From positions 296-64,295 of the forward strand of contig JAOAIS010000001.1 in the NCBI GenBank assembly GCA_026414575.1: a stretch of DNA of 64,000 nt, read 5' to 3'. This document shows, one piece after another, positions 47,475-58,286 of this stretch. Source of the DNA: Aquificaceae bacterium (GTDB lineage: Bacteria > Aquificota > Aquificia > Aquificales > Aquificaceae). The position numbers and the translations under genes were made by a program. Below the pieces are notes generated by a model. That model was not told the DNA's origin. It made no database searches and saw nothing but the letters and a program-made list of their open reading frames with translations. Within the stretch, counting starts at the first letter, position 1, and the number at the start of each line of letters is the position of its first letter.

Positions 47475-50068
47475 TAGTAACCTACAGAAAGGTACACTTT
47501 GTATTTCTTCAACCAGTTCCTGTCCATGGGGAACGCTAAATCAAGTCTTACTGGACCTACTGGCGTGTTTATGCCTACACCGCTTCCCAAACTCCACTTA
47601 ATATCCTTTGGCAAGTCCTCTAACTTGTTTCCCGCCGCACCTGCATCACCAAAGAGGACCCACACTAAGGGTCCTTTCAAGGGAGTGATTAGCTCAATCC
47701 TTCCAAAGCCGTAATACTTTCTACCTGTTGGTTGACCTATTTCTTCAAAGGCATACCCCCTGAGGTCTCTTAAGCCTCCTAAAAAGAACCTTTCAAAAAT
47801 CGGCGCTTCACCCCATATGGCCCCTCCTGCCACCTTAAAACTTAACTTTAAATCTCTCCTTAGAGGTATGAGGTAATAAGTGGAAAGGTCAAATTTTGTG
47901 TAGTGGGCATCTCCTTCTGCAAAGCTGAGGTTTACACTGTTGTAATGCAGTCTGTTGGGTGAAAAAATGTCATCCTTGTATTCTCTCAGGAGAAAGACGC
48001 TGTACTTTCTTATGCTAAAGGAGCGCCCGTCTACTTTGTTTTTCAGAATGCTAAATATGGGTCCTACCGATGTATTTGTGCTTATTCTGTAGCCAAGCTG
48101 AAGGTTAAGTCCACGGGAGTCCAAGTCGTAACTTTTGTGTTCTTCGTAGCTTTTAAAGATATTAGATTTAAACCAGTACCTGCTCGAAAGAAGAAAGTTG
48201 TCCTGAAGACTTAGGTCATAAAGCTCTCTCTTGCCGGTTCTTCTGTATTTGGCTCCTGCCGTCATTCCAATTCCAAGCAGATTTTTTGCACCAAGGAAGG
48301 TCTCAAGGGACAGTTTTTCTTCCGTGTTGTAGCCAAGGGAAAGGTCAAGGATTCCCCTTTGGTCTTCAGACACCTGTATTAATCTGTGGACCACCCTTTT
48401 TTCTTTGTCCACAAAGGTATCAATAGACACACCGCTGAAAATTCCACTGTTTAGCATGTTGTGAAGTGCCTTTTCGTTAAGAGCTTCAGAGTAGTGTTTT
48501 CCTTTTTCCGTCATGTAAGAAAGCTCGCGGAGGGTGGTCTTTTCATAACCGTAGTGTATGGTTTCTCCCAACTGATAGGTGGGTCCCTCCCTTATGCTGT
48601 AAAGATATGTGTAATATAAGGTATCTCCCTCTTCATCGGCCTTTATCTGTATATCATAATCCCCATCCATGAGCCCCTTTTTAAGAAAATATTTCTGAAT
48701 GTCGATGTTTAGCGTCTCCACCAAGTCGGTGTTAAACAGGGCCGGCAACTTCCCCCGATGTTTTGAGAATATTTTTTTAATTTCTCTGTTTTCTCCTGCG
48801 TAAACAAAATCCCTTATTATCTGTTTCTTGCCTGGCTTTATTTCCATGATAACTCGCACCCTCTTGTCTTCTTTGAAAATCTCTCTGTGGATGTTGCCCT
48901 CTGCAAGTCTGTAGCCCTCCCTAAAAAGCCCTTCAAGCCTTTTTTTGAGTGTAAACTCTAATAAGTCTTCGTCGTAATAGTCTTCCTCAAGGCCCTCTCC
49001 AAAAGCCCTATATCTTGGACCCTCCTCTACCTTAAATACCACGCCTTTTTCATCAACTTGGTGTTCAACCTTTACTTCAAAAAAACCCTTCCTGTGGTAT
49101 TTGTTTATGATGCTTTCCTTTGCTTCCTGCAAGGAGAAGGGGTCAACTCCCTTTTCTGCGAGCCCGCTTATCCTTGTTAGCTCTTCCTCTTTAAAGAAAT
49201 GCACCCCCTCCCACAGGATTCTGTATTTTTTGCCCTCTACCACATTAAACACGGGCCTTGCTATGTGACCCCTACCCGTAATAGCCTTTAGAGTTCCCAT
49301 GGGATGGCCGAGGAGGTTAGCTATACCATCAGAGATGGCACCGAGGATTCTAAGGGGTCTCTTGCCTATGGTTTTGTCCGAGGGAGCCAGCACTTGGTAG
49401 AAGGGCTTTTTTAGTTGCATTTTTTCAACTCCCTCGTAGTAAACAAAGCTGTCCCAGAAGCCCTCTTTTGTGTAAAAATCTTGAAGGGGAAATACGCCTT
49501 CCCTGAAGAAACTTTCTTTAAAGACCCTGCCGCGCACCAGACCTATTTTTAAGTCAAGAAGGGTAGGCTCGTAGGTGGAGTTTTTGTAAACACCGCTTTC
49601 GGTAAAATATACAGGACCTTCGTATATTCCTATGTAGACTTCCGCATAACCCTCCGCATCCATGTCTAGAGTTACACCCACAGCAACATCAAGGAAGCCC
49701 TTGTCCATGTATAGTCTTTTTACCCTTTCTTCCACATCCCTCTCGTTAAACTCTGGACCACGCAGGGGCATGTTTTCGTAAAAACCCAGATAAGACAGTA
49801 TTTCTTCCCTAAGAACTGCCATGTTCCCTTTTATGTATATTTTCTTGACTATGGGGTATCTTTCTATGTAAACATAGACCTTGTCTCCCTCCCTACTTAT
49901 GCGCACATCCTTTATGTCTTTGATGCTTTTCATCATCTGGACTACTTCCTCATAGTTTTCGCCTTTTATTATGCTTTCTATGTTGTTTTTTCTTAGTGGA
50001 TAGTTGGATATGACAAAGACTTCTGCCATTAGGGTTAAGGGGAAAAGAAGGAGTATTATAAGTAGCAT
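47468..50068 (-). CDS. Omp85/BamA-TamA family outer membrane assembly protein
   Basis: POTRA repeats (EGP motifs), ERFFLGGLRDLRGY, TPVGPVRLD, terminal aromatic residue. Confidence 0.92.
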   Translation of the reverse strand: MLLIILLLFPLTLMAEVFVISNYPLRKNNIESIIKGENYEEVVQMMKSIKDIKDVRISREGDKVYVYIERYPIVKKIYIKGNMAVLREEILSYLGFYENMPLRGPEFNERDVEERVKRLYMDKGFLDVAVGVTLDMDAEGYAEVYIGIYEGPVYFTESGVYKNSTYEPTLLDLKIGLVRGRVFKESFFREGVFPLQDFYTKEGFWDSFVYYEGVEKMQLKKPFYQVLAPSDKTIGKRPLRILGAISDGIANLLGHPMGTLKAITGRGHIARPVFNVVEGKKYRILWEGVHFFKEEELTRISGLAEKGVDPFSLQEAKESIINKYHRKGFFEVKVEHQVDEKGVVFKVEEGPRYRAFGEGLEEDYYDEDLLEFTLKKRLEGLFREGYRLAEGNIHREIFKEDKRVRVIMEIKPGKKQIIRDFVYAGENREIKKIFSKHRGKLPALFNTDLVETLNIDIQKYFLKKGLMDGDYDIQIKADEEGDTLYYTYLYSIREGPTYQLGETIHYGYEKTTLRELSYMTEKGKHYSEALNEKALHNMLNSGIFSGVSIDTFVDKEKRVVHRLIQVSEDQRGILDLSLGYNTEEKLSLETFLGAKNLLGIGMTAGAKYRRTGKRELYDLSLQDNFLLSSRYWFKSNIFKSYEEHKSYDLDSRGLNLQLGYRISTNTSVGPIFSILKNKVDGRSFSIRKYSVFLLREYKDDIFSPNRLHYNSVNLSFAEGDAHYTKFDLSTYYLIPLRRDLKLSFKVAGGAIWGEAPIFERFFLGGLRDLRGYAFEEIGQPTGRKYYGFGRIELITPLKGPLVWVLFGDAGAAGNKLEDLPKDIKWSLGSGVGINTPVGPVRLDLAFPMDRNWLKKYKVYLSVGYYY

Positions 50069-50083
50069 ATTATAATTTTAACG

Positions 50084-50362
50084 ATGGGTATGGACAAAAA
50101 GATAGTTCCTGCTGTGCCAAGCATGACCTACCAGGAGCTTTTTAAGAAAGACAAAAAAAGCATAGCCACTGAGTTTGAGGCCATACTAATCAAGGAGGTT
50201 CTAAAGGAAGCCTTTAAACCCGTGCTCGAGGGCAAATCCTTTGATACAAGGCTTTACTATGACAGTTTTTTGGAAAACATAAGCAAGAAGTTGGCGGAGG
50301 CGGGAGGCATAGGTATTGCCCGATTTGTGTTAGAGAACCTAAAAGATGGGAAGAATCCATAA
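50084..50362 (+). CDS. FlgJ-type rod-binding domain protein (no muramidase domain)
   Basis: ATEFEAILIKEVLK...LYYDSFLENISKKLAEAGGIGIARFV. Confidence 0.75.
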   Translation: MGMDKKIVPAVPSMTYQELFKKDKKSIATEFEAILIKEVLKEAFKPVLEGKSFDTRLYYDSFLENISKKLAEAGGIGIARFVLENLKDGKNP

Positions 50363-51467
50363 GATAAGCCCCTTCCTCGTGATGGACATCCTCAAGGAAG
50401 CCCAAGGCATGGAAGATGTTGTGCACATGGAAATAGGGGAGCCAGACTTAGACCCACCGCCTGGAGTGATAGAGGCAGTCCATAAGGCACTAAGGGAAAG
50501 GAAATACTTTTACACTCCAAGTTTGGGTCTTTGGGCACTTAGGGAGCGCATAGCAAAGCATTACTTTGACTACTACGGTGTTGATGTTTCTCCCTCGAGG
50601 GTGGTGGTGACCACCGGCACATCTTCTGCCCTTTTGGTGGCCTACGCAGTGTTTGTAGATGGGAGCGATAGGGTTGTCCTGCCGGACCCCTCTTACCCCT
50701 GCTACAAAAACTTTGCCCACCTTCTTGACATAGAACCATTAATGGTTAATGTGGATGCAGGCACCAAGTATCAGGTAACGGTAGACCGTCTGGAGTTTTT
50801 GGAGGGCTACAGGGCAGTGCATATATCCACACCAACAAACCCTACGGGCACTCTTTATGAAGAGGAAAACCTAAGGTCTATATCAAACTTCTGTGAAGAA
50901 AGGGGATTATACCTCATATGTGATGAGATATACCATGGTCTTGTATACGACCGAAGGGAAAGGACGGCTCTTGAGTTTAGTTCAAAGGCTGTGGTCATAA
51001 ATGGCTTTTCCAAGGCCTTCTGTATGCCAGGCTTTAGGCTTGGTTGGATAATTATGCCTGATGAGGATTCGGTAAGGAAAGCAGAGCTTATACTTCAGAA
51101 CCTATACATTTCTGCGCCTACACTTAGTCAGTATGCGGCCATAGAAGCTTTTGACTATCTGTATCTTTCAAAGGTGAGGGAGACCTATAAAAATAGGAGA
51201 GATATGCTCTTGGAGGAGCTAAAGGATGTTGGAAGAGTTGAACTGGTCCCCGATGGCGCCTTCTACCTCTGGATGGACATAAGCAAGTACCGCATCGATA
51301 GCTATCAGCTCTCAATGAGGCTTTTGAGAGAGGCCAGGGTTGCGGTAACACCCGGCAAGGACTTTGGCAATAACAATACGGAAAGGTATATAAGGATATC
51401 CTTTGCCAAGGATGGGGGCACCCTCAAGGAGGGTGCCAGAAGGATAAGGGATTATCTTGCGATGTAG
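50346..51467 (+). CDS. PLP-dependent class I/II aminotransferase
   Basis: EIGEPD, PTNPTG, DEIYHG, NGFSKAFCMPGFRLGW, YIRISFA. Confidence 0.93.
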   Translation: MGRIHKISPFLVMDILKEAQGMEDVVHMEIGEPDLDPPPGVIEAVHKALRERKYFYTPSLGLWALRERIAKHYFDYYGVDVSPSRVVVTTGTSSALLVAYAVFVDGSDRVVLPDPSYPCYKNFAHLLDIEPLMVNVDAGTKYQVTVDRLEFLEGYRAVHISTPTNPTGTLYEEENLRSISNFCEERGLYLICDEIYHGLVYDRRERTALEFSSKAVVINGFSKAFCMPGFRLGWIIMPDEDSVRKAELILQNLYISAPTLSQYAAIEAFDYLYLSKVRETYKNRRDMLLEELKDVGRVELVPDGAFYLWMDISKYRIDSYQLSMRLLREARVAVTPGKDFGNNNTERYIRISFAKDGGTLKEGARRIRDYLAM

Positions 51468-52135
51468 ATTTTCACTGCCCTTTGTTGGGCATGTTTAGAG
51501 CCAAGCATGTCCGCTACTTCTTTGCCGTAAGCTACAACCCTTATCCTGCTAACATCTACACCCCTTTTGACCAGCTGACTGGCCACCATCTGGGCTCTCC
51601 AGGTGGATAGATTAAAGTTGTACCTGCTTGTACCCCTCGTGTCTGCAAAGCCGACAACGAGAATTTCTCTATCATCCCTTTTGAGTTTGTCTGCAAGTTC
51701 ATTTAACCTTTTCGCCTCCGAGGAAGTTATGTGGAACTTGTTGAAGGGAAAGTATACTACGCCCAACTCCTCTACTTGTAGCTTTTGTGGGCCTGCGCCT
51801 TCTTTTTCTTTTGTTACCGCTGGCTGGGTAGGTCTTGCTTCAAGAGCTCTTATCCTTTTTTCATGGTCATCAGCTATGTCCTCCAACTTTTTTACCCTGC
51901 CTTCAACATCCCTCATTTTCCTGCTTGCCTCTTCTGCTTTTTTGTTTGCCTCCTCTGCAAGCCTTTTGCTTTCCACTATGGCATCGAAATAGCCCTTGTA
52001 GCATCTATCGAGCATCTGTTTGGAGAAAAATTCTGGAGGGCTACCGCATGGATCAACGGGCTTTGTTTCTGGTCCTTTCCCATGTGCTAAAGCAACACCC
52101 GTGGCTATGGCAAGGATTAGGGCTGTGTTTTTCAT
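51452..52135 (-). CDS. OmpA C-like peptidoglycan-binding protein with an N-terminal coiled coil
   Basis: Signal peptide; VYFPFNK, VGFADTRG..RYNFNLSTWRAQMV, AYGKE, QRAV. Confidence 0.88.
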   Translation of the reverse strand: MKNTALILAIATGVALAHGKGPETKPVDPCGSPPEFFSKQMLDRCYKGYFDAIVESKRLAEEANKKAEEASRKMRDVEGRVKKLEDIADDHEKRIRALEARPTQPAVTKEKEGAGPQKLQVEELGVVYFPFNKFHITSSEAKRLNELADKLKRDDREILVVGFADTRGTSRYNFNLSTWRAQMVASQLVKRGVDVSRIRVVAYGKEVADMLGSKHAQQRAVKIYIAR

Positions 52136-52189
52136 TTTACCACCTCCTTCTATAACTCATATTATATGACGGGATTTATGAAAAAGTTT

Positions 52190-53101
52190 TTAAATTTTAA
52201 GCATAGCTCTTAAATCTTCTACGATTCCTCTTATGATTGCCTCCGAAGACTCTCCGCTTCTGGTAATGATACGGTGGGAAAGGCATAGGGGCGCAAGTTC
52301 CAACACATCTTCTGGTACCAAAAAGTCCCTTTCTTTGGTATAGGCCATGGCTTTGGCGCAACTCACAAGATGTATGAGCCCCCTGGTGGAAACTCCCAGA
52401 AGCACTTTGGGATTTTGTCTTGTGGCATGTGCCAAGCTTACCACCAGCTGGGCAACCTCCGGTGAGACATAGAACCTTTTTATACTGTCCATGACCGATA
52501 TGAGCTCATGGACCTTAACCGCAGGCTTTAGTCTTTCAACCTTTTCCAATGGGTTTTCCCCCCTCAGTATCTGAGCTTCTGTTTCTTGGTCTGGATAACC
52601 AAGGTTGAGCCTCATGCTAAAACGGTCAAGTTGAGATTCGGGCAAAGGGTATGTGCCATGCTGTTCTACTGGGTTTTGGGTCGCTATTACAAAAAAGGGC
52701 CGTGGGAGTTCATGAGTTATGCCATCCGCAGAAACTTTTCCTTCAGCCATAGCTTCCAGCAAGGCACTTTGTGTTTTTGGTGTTGACCTGTTTATCTCAT
52801 CGGCCAGTATGAGGTTGTTAAAGATGGGACCCCTTTTAAAAACAAAGGATTTTTTGGATTGGTCGTATACGCTTACACCAATGATATCTGATGGCAGTAG
52901 ATCACTGGTAAACTGAACCCTTGCAAAGGATAAGCCAAGAACCTTTGCCATGGCAAGGGCGAGGGTTGTTTTCCCTACGCCCGGTATGTCTTCAAGAAGG
53001 AGGTGACCGCCAGAAAGAAGACATATAAGAGAATAGTTTATAACCTCGTCCTTCCCCCTAAGCACCTTTCCTATTTCTATCTTTATGGCTTCTAGGTCCA
53101 T
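52190..53101 (-). CDS. MoxR-family AAA+ ATPase
   Basis: HLLLEDIPGVGKT, QFTSDLLPSD, ADEINR, ATQNPVE, LPESQLDRF; start set to ATG 53101. Confidence 0.95.
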   Translation of the reverse strand: MDLEAIKIEIGKVLRGKDEVINYSLICLLSGGHLLLEDIPGVGKTTLALAMAKVLGLSFARVQFTSDLLPSDIIGVSVYDQSKKSFVFKRGPIFNNLILADEINRSTPKTQSALLEAMAEGKVSADGITHELPRPFFVIATQNPVEQHGTYPLPESQLDRFSMRLNLGYPDQETEAQILRGENPLEKVERLKPAVKVHELISVMDSIKRFYVSPEVAQLVVSLAHATRQNPKVLLGVSTRGLIHLVSCAKAMAYTKERDFLVPEDVLELAPLCLSHRIITRSGESSEAIIRGIVEDLRAMLKI

Positions 53102-53137
53102 CACCAAACATTATACCAGTGCTATAATTGTAGAACC

Positions 53138-53611
53138 ATGCACCTACAGGAAAAGGTTATTGCAGAAAAGGTTAAGGAGCTTGTGGAACCCATAGTAAAA
53201 AGTATGGGCTACAGGCTTTTTGATGTGGAGTTTAAGCCTGAGAAGGGCTGGGTGCTAAGGATTATACTTGATAAGGAGGGGGGCATAACCATAGGCGATT
53301 GTGAGGAGGTAAGCAAAAGGATAAGCGCCCTTCTTGATGTAGAGGATATCATACCAGTATCTTACCTGCTGGAGGTCTCCTCCCCAGGGCTGACAAGGGA
53401 GCTAACCAAGCCTACTCACTTTGAATTCTTCCGCGGCAGGCTCGTAAAGCTCGTGCTGAGGGATGCGGTAGGTGGTAAGAGGGAGATGAGGGGTTTCATA
53501 GAGGGTGTAAAAGAGGGTATACTGAGCCTGAGGGAAAAGGAAACAGACCTTGAGTATCATATACCCCTATCCATAGTGGCGAGGGCCAATCTGGAAATGG
53601 AAAGATGGTAA
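53138..53611 (+). CDS. rimP: Ribosome maturation factor RimP
   Basis: LRIILDKEGGITIGDCEEVS, YLLEVSSPGL; upstream of nusA. Confidence 0.96.
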   Translation: MHLQEKVIAEKVKELVEPIVKSMGYRLFDVEFKPEKGWVLRIILDKEGGITIGDCEEVSKRISALLDVEDIIPVSYLLEVSSPGLTRELTKPTHFEFFRGRLVKLVLRDAVGGKREMRGFIEGVKEGILSLREKETDLEYHIPLSIVARANLEMERW

Positions 53612-54588
53612 AAAACCTCAAAAAGCTCATAGAACAAGTAGCCAAGGACAAAAACTTACCTGAATGGGTGGTGGAAAGGTCTCTTAAAAATGCCATAGCC
53701 ATAGCCATAAGAAAAGACAGAAGAATAAGGGATGAGCTGGAGGTCCACCTCGAGGAAGACCAAATAAGGGTTTGCGTCCTTAGAAAAAGGAATGGTGAGG
53801 TCGACAAGTTCCCTCTTGACATATCGCCAGAGGATGTTAACAGGATAGCCGCCCACGCCGCTAAGGAGGAATTTTTAAAAGAGCTTGAAAGGGCGGAAGA
53901 AGAAAGAGGTTATCTTGAATACCTTGAAAAAGAAGGTGATGTGGTTTTTGGCATAGTAAGGAAGGTAACAGAGGATGGTGATGTTATTGTGGACCTAGGC
54001 AGGGTTGCGGGAATACTTCCAAGAAAAGAGCAGATAAGGAAAGAGGATTATAAGACTGGCATGAGGCTCAAGGCCTTACTACTCAGCGTGGGAAAGAAAA
54101 GGGGCAAGTATGAGCTTATACTTTCAAGGACCCATCCAAAGTTTCTGAAAAAATTGATAGAGCAGGAGGTTCCAGAAGTAGGTAAGGGTGATGTGGTTAT
54201 AAAGGCTATAGTTCGTGAGCCGGGAGAGAGGGCAAAAGTGCTTGTAAGCTCAGAAGATCCCAAGATAGACCCCGTGGGAGTGGTGGTCGGTGTAAAAGGC
54301 TCAAGGATAAACCCCATATCGCAAGAGCTTGCGGGCGAGAGGATAGATGTCATAAGGTGGTCTTCCGACGATGAAGAGCTTATAAGGAGGAGTCTGTCGC
54401 CTGCCACTGTTTCAAAGATAAGGATAGACAAAGAGAATAAAAGGGCGGAGGTGGCAGTCCCAAGGGAGAAACTTTCCTTGGCAATAGGAAAGCATGGTGT
54501 AAACGTGAAGTTAGCCAACAAGATTACCGGTTGGTACATAGATGTTATGTCTGAGGAGGACTTTGAAGCTCTTACCAAGCTAAGATGA
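53605..54588 (+). CDS. nusA: Transcription factor NusA
   Basis: S1 plus KH domains: LSRTHP, REPGERAKV, DPVG, AIGKHGVNVKLA. Confidence 0.97.
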   Translation: MVKNLKKLIEQVAKDKNLPEWVVERSLKNAIAIAIRKDRRIRDELEVHLEEDQIRVCVLRKRNGEVDKFPLDISPEDVNRIAAHAAKEEFLKELERAEEERGYLEYLEKEGDVVFGIVRKVTEDGDVIVDLGRVAGILPRKEQIRKEDYKTGMRLKALLLSVGKKRGKYELILSRTHPKFLKKLIEQEVPEVGKGDVVIKAIVREPGERAKVLVSSEDPKIDPVGVVVGVKGSRINPISQELAGERIDVIRWSSDDEELIRRSLSPATVSKIRIDKENKRAEVAVPREKLSLAIGKHGVNVKLANKITGWYIDVMSEEDFEALTKLR

Positions 54589-55835
54589 AAAACCTAAAAA
54601 AACTCCTCATAAAAAAGCTTCTCTATGGTGGTTACGGTCTTGCTGAGGCAGAGGATAAAGCCTACATGGTGGATTATGCCCTGCCAGGAGAGTTGGTGGA
54701 GGCTGATGTATACAGAGAAAAGAAGGACCATTCCTTTGCAAGAACCGTGAAGGTTCTAATACCATCCTTGAGCAGGAGAGATGCTCCATGCCCTTATTAT
54801 GGTACCTGCGGAGGCTGTCAGCTACAGCATTTAAAGTACAATGAGCAACTGAAGTTAAAGGAGGAGATACTTCTTGAAACCCTGAGCAGGATTGGCAAGG
54901 TTCATGTAAAAAGCCTTGAGCCAACCCTTCATGGGGGTGAGTTCGGCTACAGGATAAGGGTTCAGTTTAAAGTTTCTGGCGGAAGGCTTGGCTTTTTTGA
55001 ACGTAGAAGCCATAATCTTGTGGACGTGGAAAGCTGTCTTCTTGTGCATCCTTCCATAAACGGGCTGATACCCTCTCTAAGGGAACTTTCAAAAAGGCTG
55101 AAAAGTTTGAAGGAGATACATGTGTTTTACTCCCCCCATGAAAAGGAGTTTATTCTCAAGCTTTTCCCTGAGGATATACCACCTAAAGAAAAGCTGAAGA
55201 AGAGCATGGAAAACCTTCTTACGAGCAATATTGTTGGTGTGGGCGTCTACCATAGGGGAAAGGCTTACAGTCTCGGCAGAGACTTCACCTTTGTAAAAGT
55301 GGGTTTATATAGGTATAGGGTCAGCATAGATTCCTTCTTACAGGTAAACTACCTGCTTTGGGATTCTTTTGTGGAGGAGGCGGTGCCAAAGTCTGATTTT
55401 GAAAGAGTATTAGAGCTCCATTGTGGTGTTGGTTTTTTTAGCCTCTTTCTGGCTAATAGATCCCGTTTTCTTGTCTCTTACGACAGCAACAGATCTGCCA
55501 TAAGGGATGCAGAATACAACGCCAAGATGAACTCTCTTGGTAACATCAGCTTTGAGCATGGAGATGGGTTTGAGGCTTTAAGAAGACATGCGGGCGATGT
55601 GATAGACCTGCTTTTCCTTGACCCACCCAGGTCTGGGCTCTCTGAGGGGGAAGCCAAGCTTATACTACAAAACAAGCCTAAGGAGATAGTCTATGTCTCC
55701 TGTGAGCCAACCACCCTCGCAAGAGATCTCAAGACTCTTCTTACGGGTGGGTATTACTTGGCAAGCCTTAGGATGGTAGATAACTTCCCAAACACTTACC
55801 ACATAGAAGCTATAGCCCACATTAGGATGGGATGA
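54585..55835 (+). CDS. rlmD: 23S rRNA m5U methyltransferase (RlmD/RumA family)
   Basis: TRAM domain, CPYYGTCGGCQLQH, SFLQVN, LDPPRSG, YVSCEPTTLARD. Confidence 0.88.
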   Translation: MKNLKKLLIKKLLYGGYGLAEAEDKAYMVDYALPGELVEADVYREKKDHSFARTVKVLIPSLSRRDAPCPYYGTCGGCQLQHLKYNEQLKLKEEILLETLSRIGKVHVKSLEPTLHGGEFGYRIRVQFKVSGGRLGFFERRSHNLVDVESCLLVHPSINGLIPSLRELSKRLKSLKEIHVFYSPHEKEFILKLFPEDIPPKEKLKKSMENLLTSNIVGVGVYHRGKAYSLGRDFTFVKVGLYRYRVSIDSFLQVNYLLWDSFVEEAVPKSDFERVLELHCGVGFFSLFLANRSRFLVSYDSNRSAIRDAEYNAKMNSLGNISFEHGDGFEALRRHAGDVIDLLFLDPPRSGLSEGEAKLILQNKPKEIVYVSCEPTTLARDLKTLLTGGYYLASLRMVDNFPNTYHIEAIAHIRMG

Positions 55836-55984
55836 ACTGCTCAAACTTTTTTTGTAAAAATCTGAAAAATGGCATACTTAAGAGATGACACCAAGTTCTT
55901 GCTTTTGCCATGACTTTAAGGGTTTGACTGGGTGGCTTCCGAGCCTTAAACTTAATCCTATAACCATATGGAAGGAGGAAAAGT

Positions 55985-58276
55985 ATGTATGTTCTTAAAA
56001 GGAGTGGAAACAAGGAATCCCTCGACATATCCAAAATACGTATAGTCATAGACTTTGCCTGTTATGGCATTGATGTGGACCCTATGGAGCTTGAGCTTGA
56101 TGCCCAAATACAGTTTAGGGATGGTATAAGCACCAAAGAAATCCAACAGCTTCTAATAAGAACAGCTGCGGAAAAAGTATCTCCCGAAGCTCCCCAGTGG
56201 CAGTATGTGGCCGCAAGGCTCTTGCTTTACGACCTTTACAAGGACGTTGGACACCTCAGGGGATACAAGGTCAAGGACAAAATAAACGGTAAATACAAGC
56301 CCTATAACCCTGAGAGTTTTTACAGGCTGGTAAAGACCTACGCAGAAAGGGGTATATACGGAGATTACCTTCTTAGGGAATATACAGAAGAAGACTTTAA
56401 CCATCTGGCAAAATACATAGACCCCGACAGGGACCTTCTCTTTAACTACACGGGCATAAAGGTGCTTGCAGACAGGTATTTGGTTAGGGACGAGGAAGGT
56501 AACATTGTGGAACTGCCTCAAGAGATGTACATGCTTATTGCCATGACCTTAGCCTTGCCCGAGAAAAAGGAAAAGAGACTTCAGCACATAAAGTCCTTTT
56601 ACGACCTCATGAGTCAGCAGGAGGTGTCCCTCGCTACACCTACCCTGATGAACGCAAGAAGGACACACACTCAGCTCAGCTCCTGTTTTGTGCTGACCGT
56701 AGAGGATGACCTTTATGACATTTTCGACAATGTGCAGAAGGCGGGACAGATTTCTAAGTTTGCGGGGGGCCTTGGCGTCTACCTTGGCAAGATAAGGGCA
56801 ACGGGGGCACCTATAAGAAAGTTCAAGGGGGCAAGCTCTGGTGTCCTTCCTGTGGTGAAGATTCTCAACGATGTGATGATATATGTGGACCAGCTGGGTA
56901 TGAGGAAAGGCTCTGCCAGCATTACCCTTGATATTTGGCATAAGGATGTGTTGGATTTCCTTGAGGTCAAGACCAATGTGGGTGATGAGAGGAAAAAAGC
57001 CCATGACATACACCCTGCATTATCCATACCCGACCTATTTATGAAAAGACTAAAGAAGAGAGAGAGCTGGACCCTCTTTGACCCCTACTACTGCAAGGGT
57101 GTAAAGGATGGCAAGAATCTTGAGGACTTTTACGGAGAGGAGTTTGAAAGGCTTTATGAGAAGCTGGAAAGGGAACTACCATCCCATGCCAAAAAGCGTG
57201 TAGAGGCCTTTGAGCTTTGGAAAAGACTGCTAACAGTGGTTTTTGAGACGGGCGAACCCTATGTTTTCTTTAGGGACACCGCCAACAGGCTAAATCCCAA
57301 CAAGCACTGCGGTATGGTGTATAGCTCCAACCTTTGCCATGAGATTGTTCAGAATATGTCCGCCACGAGCCATTTGGAAGATGTTTTACTGGAAGATGGA
57401 ACTATAGTTCACAAGAAAAAATCAGGGGATGTGGTGGTTTGCAACCTCGGCTCCATAAACCTGGGCAAGGTCTACACAAAAGAGGACATGGAAAGGGTAG
57501 TACCCATTTTGGTGAGGATGTTGGACAATGTGATAAGCATAAACTTCTATGCCATAAAGGAGGCTGAATACACCAACAGAAGATACAGGTCCATAGGCAT
57601 AGGGGTAAGCAACTACCACTATTGTCTTGTAAAGCACGGCATAAACTGGGAGTCGGAGGAGCACCTTGATTTTGCGGAGACTATATTTGAAAGGATAGCC
57701 TACTACGCAGTGAAAGGTTCTATGGAGCTGGCAAAGGAAAGGGGTGCTTATAGTCTCTTTGAGGGATCTGATTGGAGTAAGGGTATCTTCTTTGGAAGAA
57801 CTGCAGAGGAAAATAAGAGGTCTTCTAAGAATGGCTTTGATTGGGTTTCCCTCGGGGAGGAGGTAAAAAAGCACGGTATGAGAAACGCCTACCTCATTGC
57901 GGTTATGCCAACGGGCTCTACCTCCCTCATAGTGGGTGCCACACCTTCGATAGACCCCATCTTTGCCAAGTTCTACAAGGAGGAAAATATGTCTGGCATA
58001 CTTCCTCAGGTGCCACCCGAGATAGACAAATACTTCTGGCACTATAAGAGTGCTTACCATATAGACCAGGAGTGGGTTGTGCGTGCTGCCGCCGCAAGAC
58101 AGAAATGGATAGACCAGGCACAGTCTCTCAACCTTTTCATAGACCCAGAACATATAGATGGGCCAAAACTCTCAAGACTCTACGAAATGGCTTGGGAGCT
58201 TGGTCTTAAAACCGTCTACTATACAAGAAGCAAGTCTATGACTGATATAGAAGAGTGTGAGAGCTGCTCCACTTAG
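55985..58276 (+). CDS. nrdA: Class I ribonucleotide reductase alpha subunit with ATP cone
   Basis: VLKRSG ATP cone, [26 protein letters not shown]-terminal CESC. Confidence 0.97.
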   Translation: MYVLKRSGNKESLDISKIRIVIDFACYGIDVDPMELELDAQIQFRDGISTKEIQQLLIRTAAEKVSPEAPQWQYVAARLLLYDLYKDVGHLRGYKVKDKINGKYKPYNPESFYRLVKTYAERGIYGDYLLREYTEEDFNHLAKYIDPDRDLLFNYTGIKVLADRYLVRDEEGNIVELPQEMYMLIAMTLALPEKKEKRLQHIKSFYDLMSQQEVSLATPTLMNARRTHTQLSSCFVLTVEDDLYDIFDNVQKAGQISKFAGGLGVYLGKIRATGAPIRKFKGASSGVLPVVKILNDVMIYVDQLGMRKGSASITLDIWHKDVLDFLEVKTNVGDERKKAHDIHPALSIPDLFMKRLKKRESWTLFDPYYCKGVKDGKNLEDFYGEEFERLYEKLERELPSHAKKRVEAFELWKRLLTVVFETGEPYVFFRDTANRLNPNKHCGMVYSSNLCHEIVQNMSATSHLEDVLLEDGTIVHKKKSGDVVVCNLGSINLGKVYTKEDMERVVPILVRMLDNVISINFYAIKEAEYTNRRYRSIGIGVSNYHYCLVKHGINWESEEHLDFAETIFERIAYYAVKGSMELAKERGAYSLFEGSDWSKGIFFGRTAEENKRSSKNGFDWVSLGEEVKKHGMRNAYLIAVMPTGSTSLIVGATPSIDPIFAKFYKEENMSGILPQVPPEIDKYFWHYKSAYHIDQEWVVRAAAARQKWIDQAQSLNLFIDPEHIDGPKLSRLYEMAWELGLKTVYYTRSKSMTDIEECESCST

Positions 58277-58286
58277 GAGGTAAAGT

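Noticed and set aside
50084-50362. Truncated flgJ pseudogene
   Set aside because: Single-domain rod-binding FlgJ proteins are common, and the ORF is intact with its own -10 box
55836-55984. NrdR boxes upstream of nrdA
   Set aside because: Only one weak partial match (CACCAAGTTCTTG) and no tandem pair
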